Shown: piece after piece, positions 33,950-48,900 of the stretch | How positions within the stretch are numbered: the stretch's first letter is position 1 | How the letters are laid out: every line of letters begins with the position of its first letter | NCBI GenBank assembly: GCA_002368735.1 | Contig: DFEQ01000029.1 | Coordinates: 1 to 62,411 of the forward strand | Direction: 5' to 3' | Source of the DNA: Christensenella sp. UBA3798 | GTDB lineage: Bacteria > Bacillota > Clostridia > Christensenellales > CAG-1252 | Length of the DNA stretch: 62,411 nucleotides | Notes under the pieces: generated by a model | The model's database searches: none | What the model saw: only the letters and a program-made list of their open reading frames with translations | What the model was told of the DNA's origin: nothing | Position numbers and translations under genes: made by a program

Positions 33950-36900
33950 AGTAAGAAAACGATGGAATTGACAGTCACCGACGTCAAAGCGGTCTACGAC
34001 GGCGCTGCGCACGCTGTCGAGGTGTCGTGCGATACGGGCGACACTTCGGGCTGGACTATCTCGTATGAGAACGAGAATGGTGAAGTCACCTCCAGCCCCG
34101 TCAACGCCGGTAAGTATACGGCAACGGTCACCTTTGAGAAGAAAGGGTACAACACCGCCGTCGCTACCGCCACGTTGACCATCTCGCAGGCTACCCCGGA
34201 GGTGTACAAGTGGCCTACCTTGGTTTATAACTATCCCGAGGCGGCACCCACCGAGCGTCGCGAGGTATACGGCACGGCGATGTCCGACAGCTGGCTCTCT
34301 GTCACCACTCTTGACGAGAGCAATTACGAAGAGTATGCAAGCGTTCCCGGCACTTTCTCCTGGTCTGCCGGCGAAAAGCTCTCTGCCAAGACTGCCGCCT
34401 ACGACGTCACCTTTACTCCTGCCGGTTCGTCGAAGGATAGCAACAGTTATTACAACAATTATAAGAAAAAGTATCTCAAAAACACCGATTTCGGTAAGCT
34501 TCCCATCACCGTCCTGCCCGTTACTCCTGTACTTTACGGCGCCGACCAAGCGGAGCAAGAGAGGAATAAGCCTACCACCACCTATACCGGCGGCACCTTA
34601 GTCAGCGGTACCAAGCTTAGCTTGGTCAAGCTCAATAAGGCGAGGTCCACTTCGACCGAAACGAGGCACGGCTACGTCGTTCCCGGCACCAACGAAGAGA
34701 TAAGCGGCACCTACCGTTGGGGACATTTGGATGCGGAGGGCAACCCCGTCTATCACGACGAGCTCACCGTCCACGTGGCAAATAACGATATCCCGTACAC
34801 CTATCTTTTCGTTCCCACCAACCTCGTCGATCATAAGATCGCCGTAGGCGAACTCAAGGTCATCGCCTCCAAGGCAAACGTCGTCGTCGATACTTCCGTC
34901 ACGATCTCGGCGACCGACATTATGTTCGGGCAGAAGCTCTCGCACAGCACCTTTACCGTTAACGGCAACTACATAAGCAACTCCTATTACGGCACCTACG
35001 CCTGGGTCGAGCCCGATTATATCCCGACCAAGGTGGGCGAGACTATCGTATACCTGTCCTATTCTCCCTTGACACAGTCGGGTGAAGAAGACCCCGAGCT
35101 CAATGGTACGCGCGATATCCCCGTCAAGGTCAACGTCACTAAAGCTAAGCTTTATTTCGACGGCTTGCAGGTCTTCTCGGCGGGCGAGACCAAGCTCGAG
35201 AGCAGTATTTTCTACGGTGATAAGCTGGAGACCTATGCCCTCAGGTGGGATAGCGTCTATTATATAGACGAAGGCTTTGACCAAAACGGTAGGCTCTACC
35301 CCGACCAAAAGCACTATCTCAATACGGACGTTAACGACCCCGAAGTATTGGGCTTGACGTGGAAAGATACCGTAAGCGAGGTCAATAATACCTATTTCGT
35401 GCAGGTGAAGACCACCGACGATCTCACGGGCTATAATATCCCGAGCGACCTTGAAGACCGCTATCTCAATACCTATTACTTCCCCCTCGAAGTCACCCTT
35501 TCCGAGCGTGCGGAAGAGTTCCTCTTCGACAGTGTTGCCGACCTCATCTTCACGGTCAAGAAGATCGATGTCAATACCAAGACCAAGAACAGCGAGAAGG
35601 AGTTCGGCGCTCTCGAGACCGTAGCCTTCGGCACGCCTCTTTCGGCAGTTAAGCTGCCCACCGATGACAAGTTCACGATGTGGGCTACGTCGGGTCAGGT
35701 TCGCGGCACCTTCACGTGGGTCGACGATACCATCTATCCCGGTATGCCCGAGCAGAGCGATTCGGATAATATTTACGTAGACGAACAAATCCTCGATTAT
35801 TACACTTATTCGGAGAATAATCAGACGGTCAGGAAGCCCATCTACGCCACCTATTATAAGGCGAAGTTCACTCCCGACCCCGAGCATTTTTCAAATTATC
35901 AGGACGTCTTCGTCTTCTTCCGCGTGGACGTTTCGAGCGCGACGAGCCTCACCTTCAGCAATACACCCGGCGTGGGCGAAGCCACTGCGGGTGATTCCCT
36001 GAGCGACGTCGAACTCAACACCGATGGCATCAACACCTACGTCGTCGGTTATAAGAAGGTCACGGTCACCTCGCAGGATGCGTTGACCGACCCCAATAAT
36101 AAGCACTATATCCGCAATACGGACGGTAAGTTCGTCTATACGAACGAGTATCAGTCCGGCGTGAGTTATTACGTCGCCGAGAATATCCTTATCGACGGCG
36201 TCATCAACTGGGATAACCCGCAGCAGACCGTCGAGATGAAGACTTCCACCTATTATATCGGCTTCACTCCCGACAAGAAGTTCGCTTCGGTCGTTTCCTA
36301 CTACAAGTATCTCGTGCACCTGATCGTGTACACCAATTCCTCTTGCTTCATCTTGGGCGAGAAGAACGAGAGCGCAAAGACCGCCTACATCATGGGCGTG
36401 AAGGAAGGCATCTCCGCCGACGACATCGAGAACGTCGTCATTCAAGATACCATCAAAGATGAGAACAAAGTCCCCTATACCATTATAGGTATCGCGGGTT
36501 CCACCGACGATAGCCTCGGCGCGTTCCAGGGCAAGGTCGCCATCAAGACCCTCTCGCTCCCCGATACCATCAAGTTCATCGGCAAAGAGGCATTTGCGGG
36601 CTGTACCTCCCTCACCGAAGCGCGTCTCTCCGTCGGGTTAAAGACCATCGGCGACCGTGCGTTCGAGGGGTGTACTGCCTTGACCACGCTCGATATCCCC
36701 GAGTCTTGTCAGTATACCTCTATCGGCGCGTTTGCCTTCAAAGATTGCGTAAAACTCGCCTCTGTCTCCGTGCCTTCCGAGACCGCTACGATCGGTATCG
36801 GCGCCTTCCTCAACTGCAAGGACCTCGTATCCGTCACCATCGACGAGGCGAACGACTATTATCGCCTGTCCGAAAACGGCCACGCCATCTTACGCTTGGA

Positions 36901-39900
36901 CAATGAGGGTAATTTCTCCATATTACACACTTACTTTGCTTCCAACGCAGCTTTGAGCTACGTCATCGAGCCCGAGATAACCACCATCGGCGCCTATGCC
37001 TTCGCGGGCAATACGACGCTTGTAGGTAAGGTCATCGCAAAGAACGTTACTCACATCGAGGAATATGCCTTTGCGGGAGCCACTTCCTTGACCTACGCCT
37101 ACTTCATGGTGGACGACGTCGTCATCGACGAGCAAGAGACCACCTTTGAAGGCAACGAACACGTCATCGTCTACGGACCCGAGGGCAGCGTGGTTATCAA
37201 GGCGTTCTGTGCGGCCGCACACCTCGAGTTCAAGGAGCAGACCTTCGTGCGCTACCTCGGACTTATCCAAGCCGACCCGAACTACGTTTCGACCTTCAAG
37301 ACCACCGTGGACGCCAGCGGCAACGCCACCATCGTGGGCTTCTCCAAGGGCGAATATCTGCCGGCGAACGACCTCGACGCAGAGGGCTTTGCCGCGCGCA
37401 TTTACGCTGATTATTCCGAGCTCGACTTCTATTACGTTGACACCGTAAAAAAGGCGTACGTCTTCGCGGACAGCTACGACGAGGACTACGTAGCCGCGGG
37501 CGGCAAGTATTACTATTACGCCCAGTTCGATGAGAACACCGGCAATCCGAGCACCGAGCTCATCATCCCCGCCTACATCTCGCAGGAGGCTATCTCGCCC
37601 CTCTATGAGCTCCCGCCCGAGTGCGACGGTTACGCCCGCGTCACCAAGGTCATGGGCTTTGGTAGTACCAATATCACCAAACTCGTTATCCCCGATACCG
37701 TCACCGAGATAAGCGACCGCGCCTTTGAGCGTTGCACCTCCTTGACCGAGGTCACCCTCTCTGCGGCTCTGACCACCATCGGTAAGAACGCATTCTACGG
37801 CTGTACCTCCTTGCGTAGCGTACTGCTTCCCGAATCCTTGACCACCATCGGCGACAACGCCTTCAACAATTGCACCTCTTTGAAGTCGGCAAGCTTTGAA
37901 GGGGACGTGGCGAACCTTGGCGCGGATATCTTCTATTATACCCCCGTCGAGATCTACGGACCCGAAGAGGGCAACGTAAAGACCTACTGCCAGAGTCACG
38001 GCTATACTTATAACGCCGGCACCCGCACCTCTTGCTTCTACTATGAGAAGAACGAGGCGGGCACGCAGGTCAAGATCACCGGCTTGAAGTCGCACAACTG
38101 CAAGGACGGCCACAGCAACATCATTATCCCCGCGACCATCGAAGGTCTCCCCGTCACCGAGATAGCGGACGAAGCCTTCAAGAACAACTTGCAGCTCGTC
38201 TCTATCACCATTCCCGCCTCGGTCAAGAAGATAGGCTCGGGCGTGTTCAGCGGATGCAGCAACCTGATGAGCGCCGATTCGGGGACAAACCCCTATTACC
38301 ACTTCGAGAGCTTAGTGGTAGGCACCAGGCTGGAGTATATCGTCATGTATTCCGGTTCGGGCGACACCTTGATAAGCTACTTCGCCGCATCCAAAGCGGA
38401 GATATTTGAGGTGCCCGAAACCGTCACAAAGATAGCGTCCGGCAGCTTTGCGGGCGCGACCAACCTCACCGATATCGTCATCGGCGCGGGTGTTTCGTCC
38501 ATCGCCGCCGACGCATTCAACGGTTGCACGAACCTCTCGAATATCGACATCTCTTCCAACAACCGTTACTTCAGCACCGACAGCAAAGCTATCTACAATA
38601 AGAACGGCACCAAACTCATCACTTACCTGAGTTACAACAGCAGCGACCTCTATGAGATAAAGGCCGGCGTGGAGACCATCGGCGAGCGCGCCTTCTATGA
38701 GAATACCGTCCTCCGCAGAGTGGTGATACCCACCTCGGTATCCGTCATCGAAGCGAGTGCCTTCTACGGCGCCAATAGGCTTATCAGCGTGACGGTGAAG
38801 GGGAACCTCACCTCCATTGGCAACAACGCTTTTGCGGGTGATGTCTCGCTGCTCTCCTTCTACGTGGAGGAGGACGTGGCGGCGCTCGGCAAGGACGTCT
38901 TTGCGGGTGATACTTCCATGATCATTTACAGCCCGAACGGCGAGAACCTCGGACTGTACGCCTACAGGAACCACTTGCGCTTCAATAACTGCTATTCGGC
39001 GGAAAGCTTCGCCACCAACGGCGATTCCGAGAAGGTGACCATCACGGGTCTTAAGCTGAACTACGTTGAGTCCGACCCCGAAAAGAAACTTTACATCTCC
39101 ATTCCTCCTTATATAGACGGTGCCCGCGTGTGCGCGATAGGTCAGGAAGCGTTCTCCGAGTATGGCATCGGCGAGATCGCCCGCTTGAACAGCATCTATA
39201 TCCCCGATACCGTGGAGACTATCGGTAGCAAGGCGTTCTATATGTGCTCCGACCTCACCAGCGTCTATTTCGGCGGCAATATGCGCTATGAAGATATCGC
39301 TACGGACGCCTTTGACGGCATCGTCAAGAAGAACCTCAACTTCTACTTTGCCACCGAGAGCAGTCTCTATTTGGAATTCATGAATAACGCCGACGACGAG
39401 TATAAGGATAACGTCAGGTTGGTGGATCTGCACAACTGTCTGGAATACGCCCCCGGCAACGAGGCTTGGACGGTCACGGGTCAGTCTCAGCACATTTGCA
39501 CCGAGAGCCATAACTTCGTGTCTGTCCCCGCCAAGTATACCGGCGACGTCGTGGAGAATGAAGAGCGCGTCACGAAGACCTATTTCGTCACCGTCGTCAA
39601 GGACGCCGCGTTCATCGGCAATAACAAGATATATACCGTGGAGTTTGAGAGCAGCAGCGAGGAGGGCGCGTCGCTTGCGATAGGCAAGTCCGCCTTTAAG
39701 GATGCGCGCGGCTTGACCTCGGTCACCTTTGCTTCGCATACTACCTCCATCGGTAGCGACGCATTCCGTAACGACGTCAAACTCGAGAGCGTCGTTCTTC
39801 CCGAGAAATTGACCTATATCGGCAGTAACGCCTTTGCGGGTTGCACGAGCCTGACCTCGGTATTCTTTACCTCCGACGTTGCGGGTCTCAGCGGTTACGT

Positions 39901-42900
39901 GTTCGGCAACGCCGAGGAGCGCAATCCCGACCTCGTCATCTACGGACCGGGCGGAGGCGAACTCGAAACCTATTGCAATAACAGGGGCTATGCCTTCAAG
40001 GCTTGGACGGTCTCCTACTATCTGAACGAATGGAAGGATATTGACGCATCCACCTGCGAGCTCGTCAAGTGCCGTGAAGGGCAGGATGACCTCGAGAGCG
40101 TCGTGATCCCCTACAGCCACAATAATAAGAAGGTGGTGAAGATCGGCAACAAGGCATTCAGCGACGGCACCGCCAACGGCAGTGACAAGTACGCCAATAT
40201 CAAGGAGATAATCATCGGCGAGGGCGTCGAAGAGATAGGTGAGATGGCGTTTGCTTATACCGGCATCACCTCCATCACCATTCCCGCTTCGGTCAAGAAG
40301 ATAGGCAGCAGGGCATTCTTCGGTTGCACCGATCTGACAGAGATCTATTTCAAGGGCGATATCCTCACCGACGGTATGCAGTACCTTGTCAGTACGGGCA
40401 AGAAACTCAACGTCTTCGGTCCTGCGAATAGCAACCTCGAGCGCTATTTCGCCAAGTATCCGCTCATTACTTACAATGCCTACACGATGCCTTCCTGCTT
40501 CGAGGTGGAGGTGTCGGAGGATAACGAGAACGAGGTGTATATCTCGGGCTTGAAGGACCATTACTGCGCCTCGGGTCACACCAATATCGATATTCCCGAT
40601 TACATAAACGGTAAGAAGGTCGTCGGCATCAAGTGGCACGCCTTTGTGGGTCATACCGAGATATACGGCTTATCCATTCCCTCCACGCTGACCGATATCG
40701 AAACGGGCGCTTTCTACGGTTGCACGGGATTGAAGAACGTCAAGGTCTCTTCGGACAATCCCGCCTATAAGTATCTGGACGGCGCTTTGCTCTCGATGAA
40801 CGGCAAGAAGATGTATATCTGCCTGTCGAGCGAGGTGGAATACACCGTTCCCGAAGGTGTGACCGAGATATTGGACGGCGCGTTTGACGGCGCTATCAAT
40901 ATGGAAGTGCTCATCTTGAACGAGCAGGTGTCCAAGATCGCCCCCGACGCCTTCAAGGGCTGCGATAACCTTGCAAACATCGCCGTGCCCGAGCAGAACC
41001 CGAACTTCGTATTCACGGGCGGCGCGCTCTTCAATAAGGACCAGACGCTTCTGTATATCTATCTGTACACCAGCAGATATAAGAGCTACGACGTGCCCGA
41101 TACCGTCACCGAGGTGGCGGACGCCGCCTTCCGCAAGGCGGGCGCCTTGGAGCAGATACGCTTCTACTCCGACGTGATCGTGGGCGACAAGATCTTCGGC
41201 GACGAGGACGATATCCACGCGGCAGTGTATGCCCCCGCGGGTAGTTATAACTTGGAAAAAGCGGCGATATACGCCGGCTTGGAGTTCTATAACGATATCA
41301 CCCCGTGTTTCTCCTACGAGGTGTCCGACCTCGGCGTGACCATCACCGGGTTTAGCTGCCTCGACCATGCGCACGACGAGATAAATATTCCGCTCTATAT
41401 CGAGAATAAGCCCGTCATCGCCATCGGCGAAGACGCCTTCGCGGAGAATGGCGACAAGGGCGGATATATCGAAGTTGCGGTGACAGCCGACACCTTCGTC
41501 AGAGGCAAGTATTACACACAGCTCATCAATTATCAAGAGCTCGTCGTTGCGGAAGAATACAGTGAAGAACTCTATTACGCGGACGGCACGGGTCCCATCT
41601 TCGTGGACGAAGACAACTTCTATAATGATACCTACTACGTCATGAAGGTGTACGACTTGATATACGTTCCGGCGGAGAGCTATAACGAGTTCAATATGTA
41701 CTATCTGCCTTTCCGCGGCGTAAGGATAGGCGACAACGTGACGAGGATCGAGAGCGGCGCCTTCCGAGGCAGCAACCTCAGGAGCGTCGTCATCGGTTCC
41801 TCCGTCGAGAGCATTGCGGCGGATGCCTTCGAGGGTGCTAACTCCCTCACCGAGGTGTACTTCAAGTCGGATATTGACTTGAGCGGCGCCTTTACGGGGC
41901 TCAATAACGCTGACTTGACCGTCTACTTCACCGAGGATTGCACGCACCTCTACGATTACTTCGACGCCATGTTCACCGCCTACGACCCCGAGGAGGAAAC
42001 GGGCGAACCGGGCAGCGTCGTCTTGCTTTCGTCGCTTGAGGATAATACCAACTGCTTTATCTATGCGGACGGCGATCCCACCAGGATAGTCGGCTTGAAG
42101 GATCACGTATGTCTGACCGCGCACGATGACGTCGTTATCCCCGCGCACGTCACCGCCATCGGCGACAATGCCTTTGAGAACAATAAGGAAATCATTCGCT
42201 TGACTTTCTCTGCGGGCATGACTTCCTTAGGGAGCGGCGCGCTCAGCGGCTGCACTCGCTTGACCGAGATCGTCATAGACGAAGCCAATCCCTACTTTGC
42301 ATTTAAGGACGGCGTCCTGTACGGCAAGGAGGGCGATGAGCTCAAGACCTTGATCTTCTACACCGCCAAGAACACCGCTACCTCTTATACCGTCGCGGAC
42401 GGCATCACGAGGATCGCTACGGGCGCCTTCTACGGCAACGAATACTTACGGACCATCACCATCGGCAAGGACGTTACCCTCGTGGACGACAACGCTTTCG
42501 TTGCGTGCACCGCGCTTCAGAATATCTACGTGCACGAAGCCAATGAGAAGTACGTCAGCACTGCCAAGTACGGCGACGGCGCGGTGGGCGTCTTGTACGA
42601 GGTCAAGAGCCGTAAGGCGGACGATACCGTGGACAAGGCGGCACTCGTTGCGTATCCCGCAGGGGCAAGAGCCACCTACGTGACGGTCGGCGGTTCCTTT
42701 GACGTCAACGAAGTCAAGAGCGGCGCGTTCAACAGCGCGAAGTACTTGACCCTCGTCTACTTCGAGACCTATGTCGGTTATATGGGCGAAGAGGGCATCT
42801 TCGATAACTTTACTCACTTCGACTCGCTCAAGGTGTGCTTGCCCATCGGTGCGGGCGCCAATAGCTTTGCGTCCTATCTCACTACGCTGGGCATCGAAAC

Positions 42901-45900
42901 CTTGCGCTATACGTCCAAGGAGGCTTTGACTTTCGAGAGGAATACTTCGGGTTACACCGTGACGGGCGTCAATGACGCCGCGTTTATCAAGAGTAACACC
43001 TCGATGGATATCAGTGCTTCGCCGCTCAATGCAGAAGCCATCAACGGATACTTCCTCTTCGGCGGAAAGAAGCTCATCAAAGTGCCGCTTTATTACAACG
43101 GTCTCCCCGTCAATGAGATAGCCGATTATGCCTTTGCCGTCAAGGAGGCGGATGCGTCGCTGAGCGTCGCTTCCACCATCGAGAAGGTGAGCATCGCGGG
43201 TTCGGTGTCCGTGATCGGCGTGGGCGCCTTTGCCAATATGGATGCGCTGACCGAGATAGAGCTCGCGGCGAACCCCATCAGCGGCGCCACTTCCTCCTAC
43301 GTCTTTGAAAACGGCGTGCTCTATACGAGCTTGAATAAGGACGTCTTGCACACCTATCTCTCCTCCAATAGCTACGAGGTGGTGAACTTTGCGGGTCCCA
43401 TCCTTATCGAAGTGGAAGAGGAGGCAACGACCCCAGATAATTCGGAAGAGAATGCGGAGAACGAAGAGTCCGACGAAGACGAGAACGAGGAAGAGGGCGG
43501 CTCGGATGAAGAGCCCGCACCGCAATCCAACGTCAGATACGAGGAGAGCAACGTTACCACCATCGAAGGCAACGCCATCACCTTCCGCGGTGTTAGGAAG
43601 ATATTGGCAGGCGCCTTTAACGGCAACGATGCGGTCAAGGAGATCTCGCTGAACGCGGGCATCGCGGAGATAGGCGACGGCGCCTTCTCGCTCACCACCG
43701 CGCTCGTGGATATCATCGTTTCGTCCGATAACGAGAATTATCGCTTCGAGAAGGCGATAACCGCGCGCAACGAAGAGGGAGCACCCGTCCTGACCGGTGG
43801 TCTGTTCAATAAGGACCTCTCGCTCTTGCACACCTATCTCTACACCAATAACTACGATTCCGTTATCCTCACCGAGGTGGGCATCGGCAGCGGTCTCACG
43901 CATATCGGCGGCCGCGCATTCGAAGGCACGAAGGTGTCCAGAGTTCGTTTGCCCGATTCCATCCTTGTCGTGGGCGACTACGCCTTCAAAGATATGACGA
44001 ACCTCAAGTATCTGTACTTTGAGAGCTCGCCCGCAGAGGATAAGCTCGGTATCGACATTATGGGCAACAAGGCGGAATTTGAGAATACCGACCGCAAGAT
44101 ACTCGTCTACGGTCCGGGCGGAGAGGACCGCGCAAGCAACGTCAACTCCTATAGCTCGGTACAGAAGTACTTCGTCGACAACTACGCCGAGGAGAGCGAA
44201 GCCACCACGCACGTGCGCTATATCGCTTGGACGGAGGACGAAGCATTCAATTACTTGCTCGTCAAGACTTCCGACAATCGGGGCGTAGCCACCATCCTTT
44301 CGATGACGGCGGACGCCGCGTTCGATTATGGCTACGGCTATAAGGAGATAGTCGTCGCGCCTTACCTCAAGAAGGACGGCGTACGTTATGACATCACCAC
44401 GATAGGCGCCGAGGCGTTTAAGAACAGGGTGGAGATAAAGAGCTTGACCCTCCTCTACTCGGTCACCGAGATCGCGGAAGGCTTCGTCAAGGGCGCCTAC
44501 AATATCGAGGATATCTTTATCAACGATAACGACGCTTATCGCGTGTTGCAGAATGACGAGACCTACGCGTCGGGCATCGTATATACCCGCGATATGACCA
44601 CGCTCATGGCGTATATGCCCATGAACGCCCCGCGTTATATCAACACCAACTACACCGCATTCCCCGTACCGTCGAGCGTAAAGCGCATCGCGGCGGGCGC
44701 TTTCGCGGGCGCGAAACATCTTATCAAGATAAGCTTTGGCGAAAACGTGACCGAGATAGGAGCGGGCGCCTTTGCGGATTGCGAGTATCTCAATGATATC
44801 GTCATCTCTTCCGCAAATCAGAGTTACCGCTTTGACGGTTATACCTTGTATAACTACGACATGACCCTCTTGCATACCTATCTCGCCACCGGCGGCGGCA
44901 ACAACGGCGTGGGCAACTACGTCGTCCCGCAGGGCGTCACCGAGATAGCTCCCTATGCCTTTGAGGGCAACGACAGGTTGGAGTATATCCGCATCCCCGA
45001 GTACCTCACAGAGGGCGATACCGTCACTTCCGCCACGATCGTTGGATACTGCGCCTTTGCCAATATGAATTCTCTCTCCGAGGTATTCTTCGAGAACCTG
45101 GTGGAGATAGGTACCGACGCAAAGGAACTCGCGGGAAGCGAGGTCACGGACGAGGATCGCGTCAATAACGAGACCTACGTCGCCGAAAATGCCAAGATGA
45201 CCGCTATCAAGGTCACCACCACCCTCTATCACTACAACGATGCCGAGTCCTACGTCGCGGTCGGCGACCTCTCGGAGGATGTCTTCAACGCGACCAAGGC
45301 GCAGCTCTACTATAAGGTAGCGGGGCAGTACGAAAGCGCCGAGAACACGACTTTCGACGCGAATGTCGTCTACTACACGAGGTTAGATAGGAGAGAGGAG
45401 GTCTTCGTCGGCAAGAACAGCTTCAAGTGGGGCGAGGACTTCACCGCAGCGGGTCTAAACGTCTACGCGCTGTATGAAGGCAACGGTTCGCACCTCTTGA
45501 CGGAGGACGAATACACGGTGGACGCTTCCGGCTACAATAAGTATGCGGCGGGCACCTATCGCATCATCGTTACTTCCAAGGCAAATAGCGCCTATTCCAC
45601 CTACTACGACGTGACGGTCGAGCCCATCAAGGACATCTTCGGCGAGCTCGCCGGCGGCAAAACCGTCACCGTCTACGCGCCGCAGTCGAGCTATCTCAAC
45701 CACGTGGCGGAGATGCACAGCGCGGTGGTTTACGTTCCCTATACGCCCAAGCAATGCTTGGACCTCACCTTGACTGAGGACGGATACGTCATCAACGGGT
45801 TCAATACTGAGGAGGATCCCTGCGTACTGGATGCCACGGATTACGTGAACGAGAACTATGTCACCAAGGGAGATCACTCCACCCTTACCGTCCCGAGCTA

Positions 45901-48900
45901 TATCAACAATACTCCGGTCTATAAGATCGCAGACGGCGCCTTCTACGCCTCCGACCTTACCTCCGTCAAGCTGTTGCAGGGCGTGGAGGTCATCGGTAAG
46001 AGGGCGTTTGAGAAATCTCTGCAATTGAAGCGCGTCGAGCTGTCCTCTACGGTCAGCGAGATAGGCGCGGGCGCATTCCTCTATCTCAACGCGCTCGATA
46101 GCTTTACCCTTGTCAACAACGGTTACTTCTTCTTGAAGGACGGCGCTCTCTACGGCGAGGGCGGCACCCTCTTGCACACGATGTTCAATGCCTTTGCCTC
46201 CGAGGTCTTTGAGACCGAGGAAGCGGTGGAGCGCATCGAGGATCGCGCGTTTGAAGGGGTCTCCACCATTCGCTACCTGACCGTTCCCTATACGACCACG
46301 CACGTGGGCGAGAAGGCGTTCAAAAACATGGAGGACCTCGAGGAGATATACTTCTGCACCGATATGGATACCGACGTGGAGCACGGCTATATCGCCTCCG
46401 ACGCCTTGTCGGGATGCATGGTTGGCTTGCAACTCTTCGGGCCCAAGGGCGTCTATCTCGAGAGCTTCGCCAATAAGAGCGGCGTGATATACGTGGCTTG
46501 GAACGACGCTTCTTGCTTCGAGTATAAGTTCTACACCAAGTCGGTGGAGATAACCGGGCTCGTCGCCGCAGGTCACGAAGGTTGCAGCGGCGGTTATCAC
46601 GACGACGTCGTTATCCCGATGTATATCGGCGGCGTCAAGGTCACTTCTATCGGGGCGGGCGCCTTCAAGGATGAGGATAAACTCACCTCCGTCGTCATTC
46701 CGACCAGCGTCACCTCTATCGGGGAGCGCGCGTTCGAGGCGTGCACCTCGCTTGCGTACGTCACCATTCCGTACAGCGTCAAGACCATCGGCGATAACGC
46801 CTTTGCTTCCTGCTCCTCTCTCGACGAGGTGGTCTTCAATACCGACGCCATCACCCTCGGCAAGGACGTCTTCATCTCGGCAAAGAGCACGATGATACTC
46901 TACTCCGAGAATAAGAGAGGGGAGGTCTCCAAATACGCGACCGCTTACTCTATCCCCTTCAATACGGGCACGCCGTACACCTGCTTCCTCACCTCCACTA
47001 TCATGAATAGTTCGGGCACCTCCACCATCCGCGTGGACGGCTTGAAGAAGCATAAGTGCAAGTACGAGCACAAAGAGGTCATCATTCCCAATTTGATCCG
47101 CGGCAAAGTCGTACAAAAGATCAAGAGCGGCGCCTTTGCGGGTCTTACCAATTTGGAGAAACTCGTTATCTCCGCCTATATCGACGACGTGGGCACCGGC
47201 ACCTTCAACGGTTGCGAGAAGCTCACCACCGTGGATATCTCCGCCGATAACGAATACCTTGCCATCAACAACGGTTTGATCTATACCGCGGACGGCAAGA
47301 CGCTGCTTGCCATCGTTGACTCCATCGCGGGCAACAACGTCACTCTCGCCGACTCCACCGAGAAGGTGCAGAGCAACGCCCTCTACGGATCCGCCGTCGT
47401 CACGCTTTCCTTGAATAACGAGCTGACCACCATCGGTTCGGGCGCGTTCGGCGGAGCCAACAGCCTTACCGCCATCACCGTTGGGGAGGATAATAAGAAG
47501 TTCTCCTCCGAGGACGGCATTCTCTATAATAAGAGCAAGACCGCGCTCATCGCCTATCCTGCCGGTATCACGAGCGAGTATTACATCGTCAAGGACGGTG
47601 TGATCGTGATCGGTGCGGGCGCCTTTGGCGGTGCGGCTTCGCTGAAGAGCGTGGTGCTTCCCGTCTCTGTATCCAGCATATCGCAGAATGCCTTCTACGG
47701 TGCGTCCAACCTCATCGACATCCAGGTCAACGGCGCCATCTCCACGGTGGACAAGGGCGCCTTTGAGGCTACCGCTCCCACCCTCGTGGTGACAGGCGTA
47801 TCGGACGATAACGCACAGGCTGTGGGTGCGCTCGAGATATTCTGCACCGAGAATAACGTGCGCTTTATGGCGATAACGCCTTCTACTTGCTTTACCTACA
47901 CGACGGAAGGCATGCCCGCAGGCACCGCCAAGGTAACGGGGTTGCAACCGCATAAATGCACCCATCACGTCAACGTGGTCGTCCCGATGTATATCGACGG
48001 ACTGCGCATCACGGCGGTGGGCGACAGGGCGTTTGCGCATCAGCAACAGCTGGTATCCATCGTTATACCGCAGACGGTCACCAACGTGGGCGTTGCGGCG
48101 TTCGCAGGATGCAAGAACCTTACCAGCGTCTATCTCGGCGACAGCGTATCCTACATCGCCAGCAAAGCGTTTACTTCCACCGAGTCCTTGACGGAAGTCT
48201 TCATCACCTCGGGCGACTTCAAGGTGTCCAACGACGCATTCTACAATGCCGGTTACAACGACCTCACCGTCTATCTCGATCGCGCGCTTACGGAGGTCAT
48301 CTCGGTCATCGAGGATGACAACGGCATCCGTATCGCATCCATTGAAGAGATCGTCTGCTTGCGTGACCATTACAGCGTCGTCAACGGCAACGAGATAAAG
48401 ATTACGGGTCTCTCCTCGCACGTTTGCCCGAGCGGACATAACGCGCTCATTATCCCCGAGACCATCGACGGCAAGGTAGTCACCGCCATTGCAGACGACG
48501 CCTTCCTCAATAATCACACCGTCGTCAAGATCTATCTCCCCGCCACTGTCAAGAAGATCGGCGAGAGCGCGTTTATGGGCGCGTCCAAGCTCTACGATAT
48601 CGCCTTCTACTACTACGACGAGAACGGCTCCTTCGTGGAGAGTGACCACAACGACTACTTCGCTATGGACGGCGGCGCGCTGTATTCCGCCGACTTCAAG
48701 ACGCTCTATGCCTACATGACGGCAAGGAGCGAGGTGGAGATGAACGTCAATAGGAACGCGCGTTACGTGAAGTCGCATGCCTTCTATAACGCCGCAAATC
48801 TCCTCTCCATCACCTTCCTTGAGGACATCTACGACAGCAGTAACATCAAGTCCTCGGCGCTCGAAGGGGTCAACCAGAACCTCATCGTCTACGTACCGAC

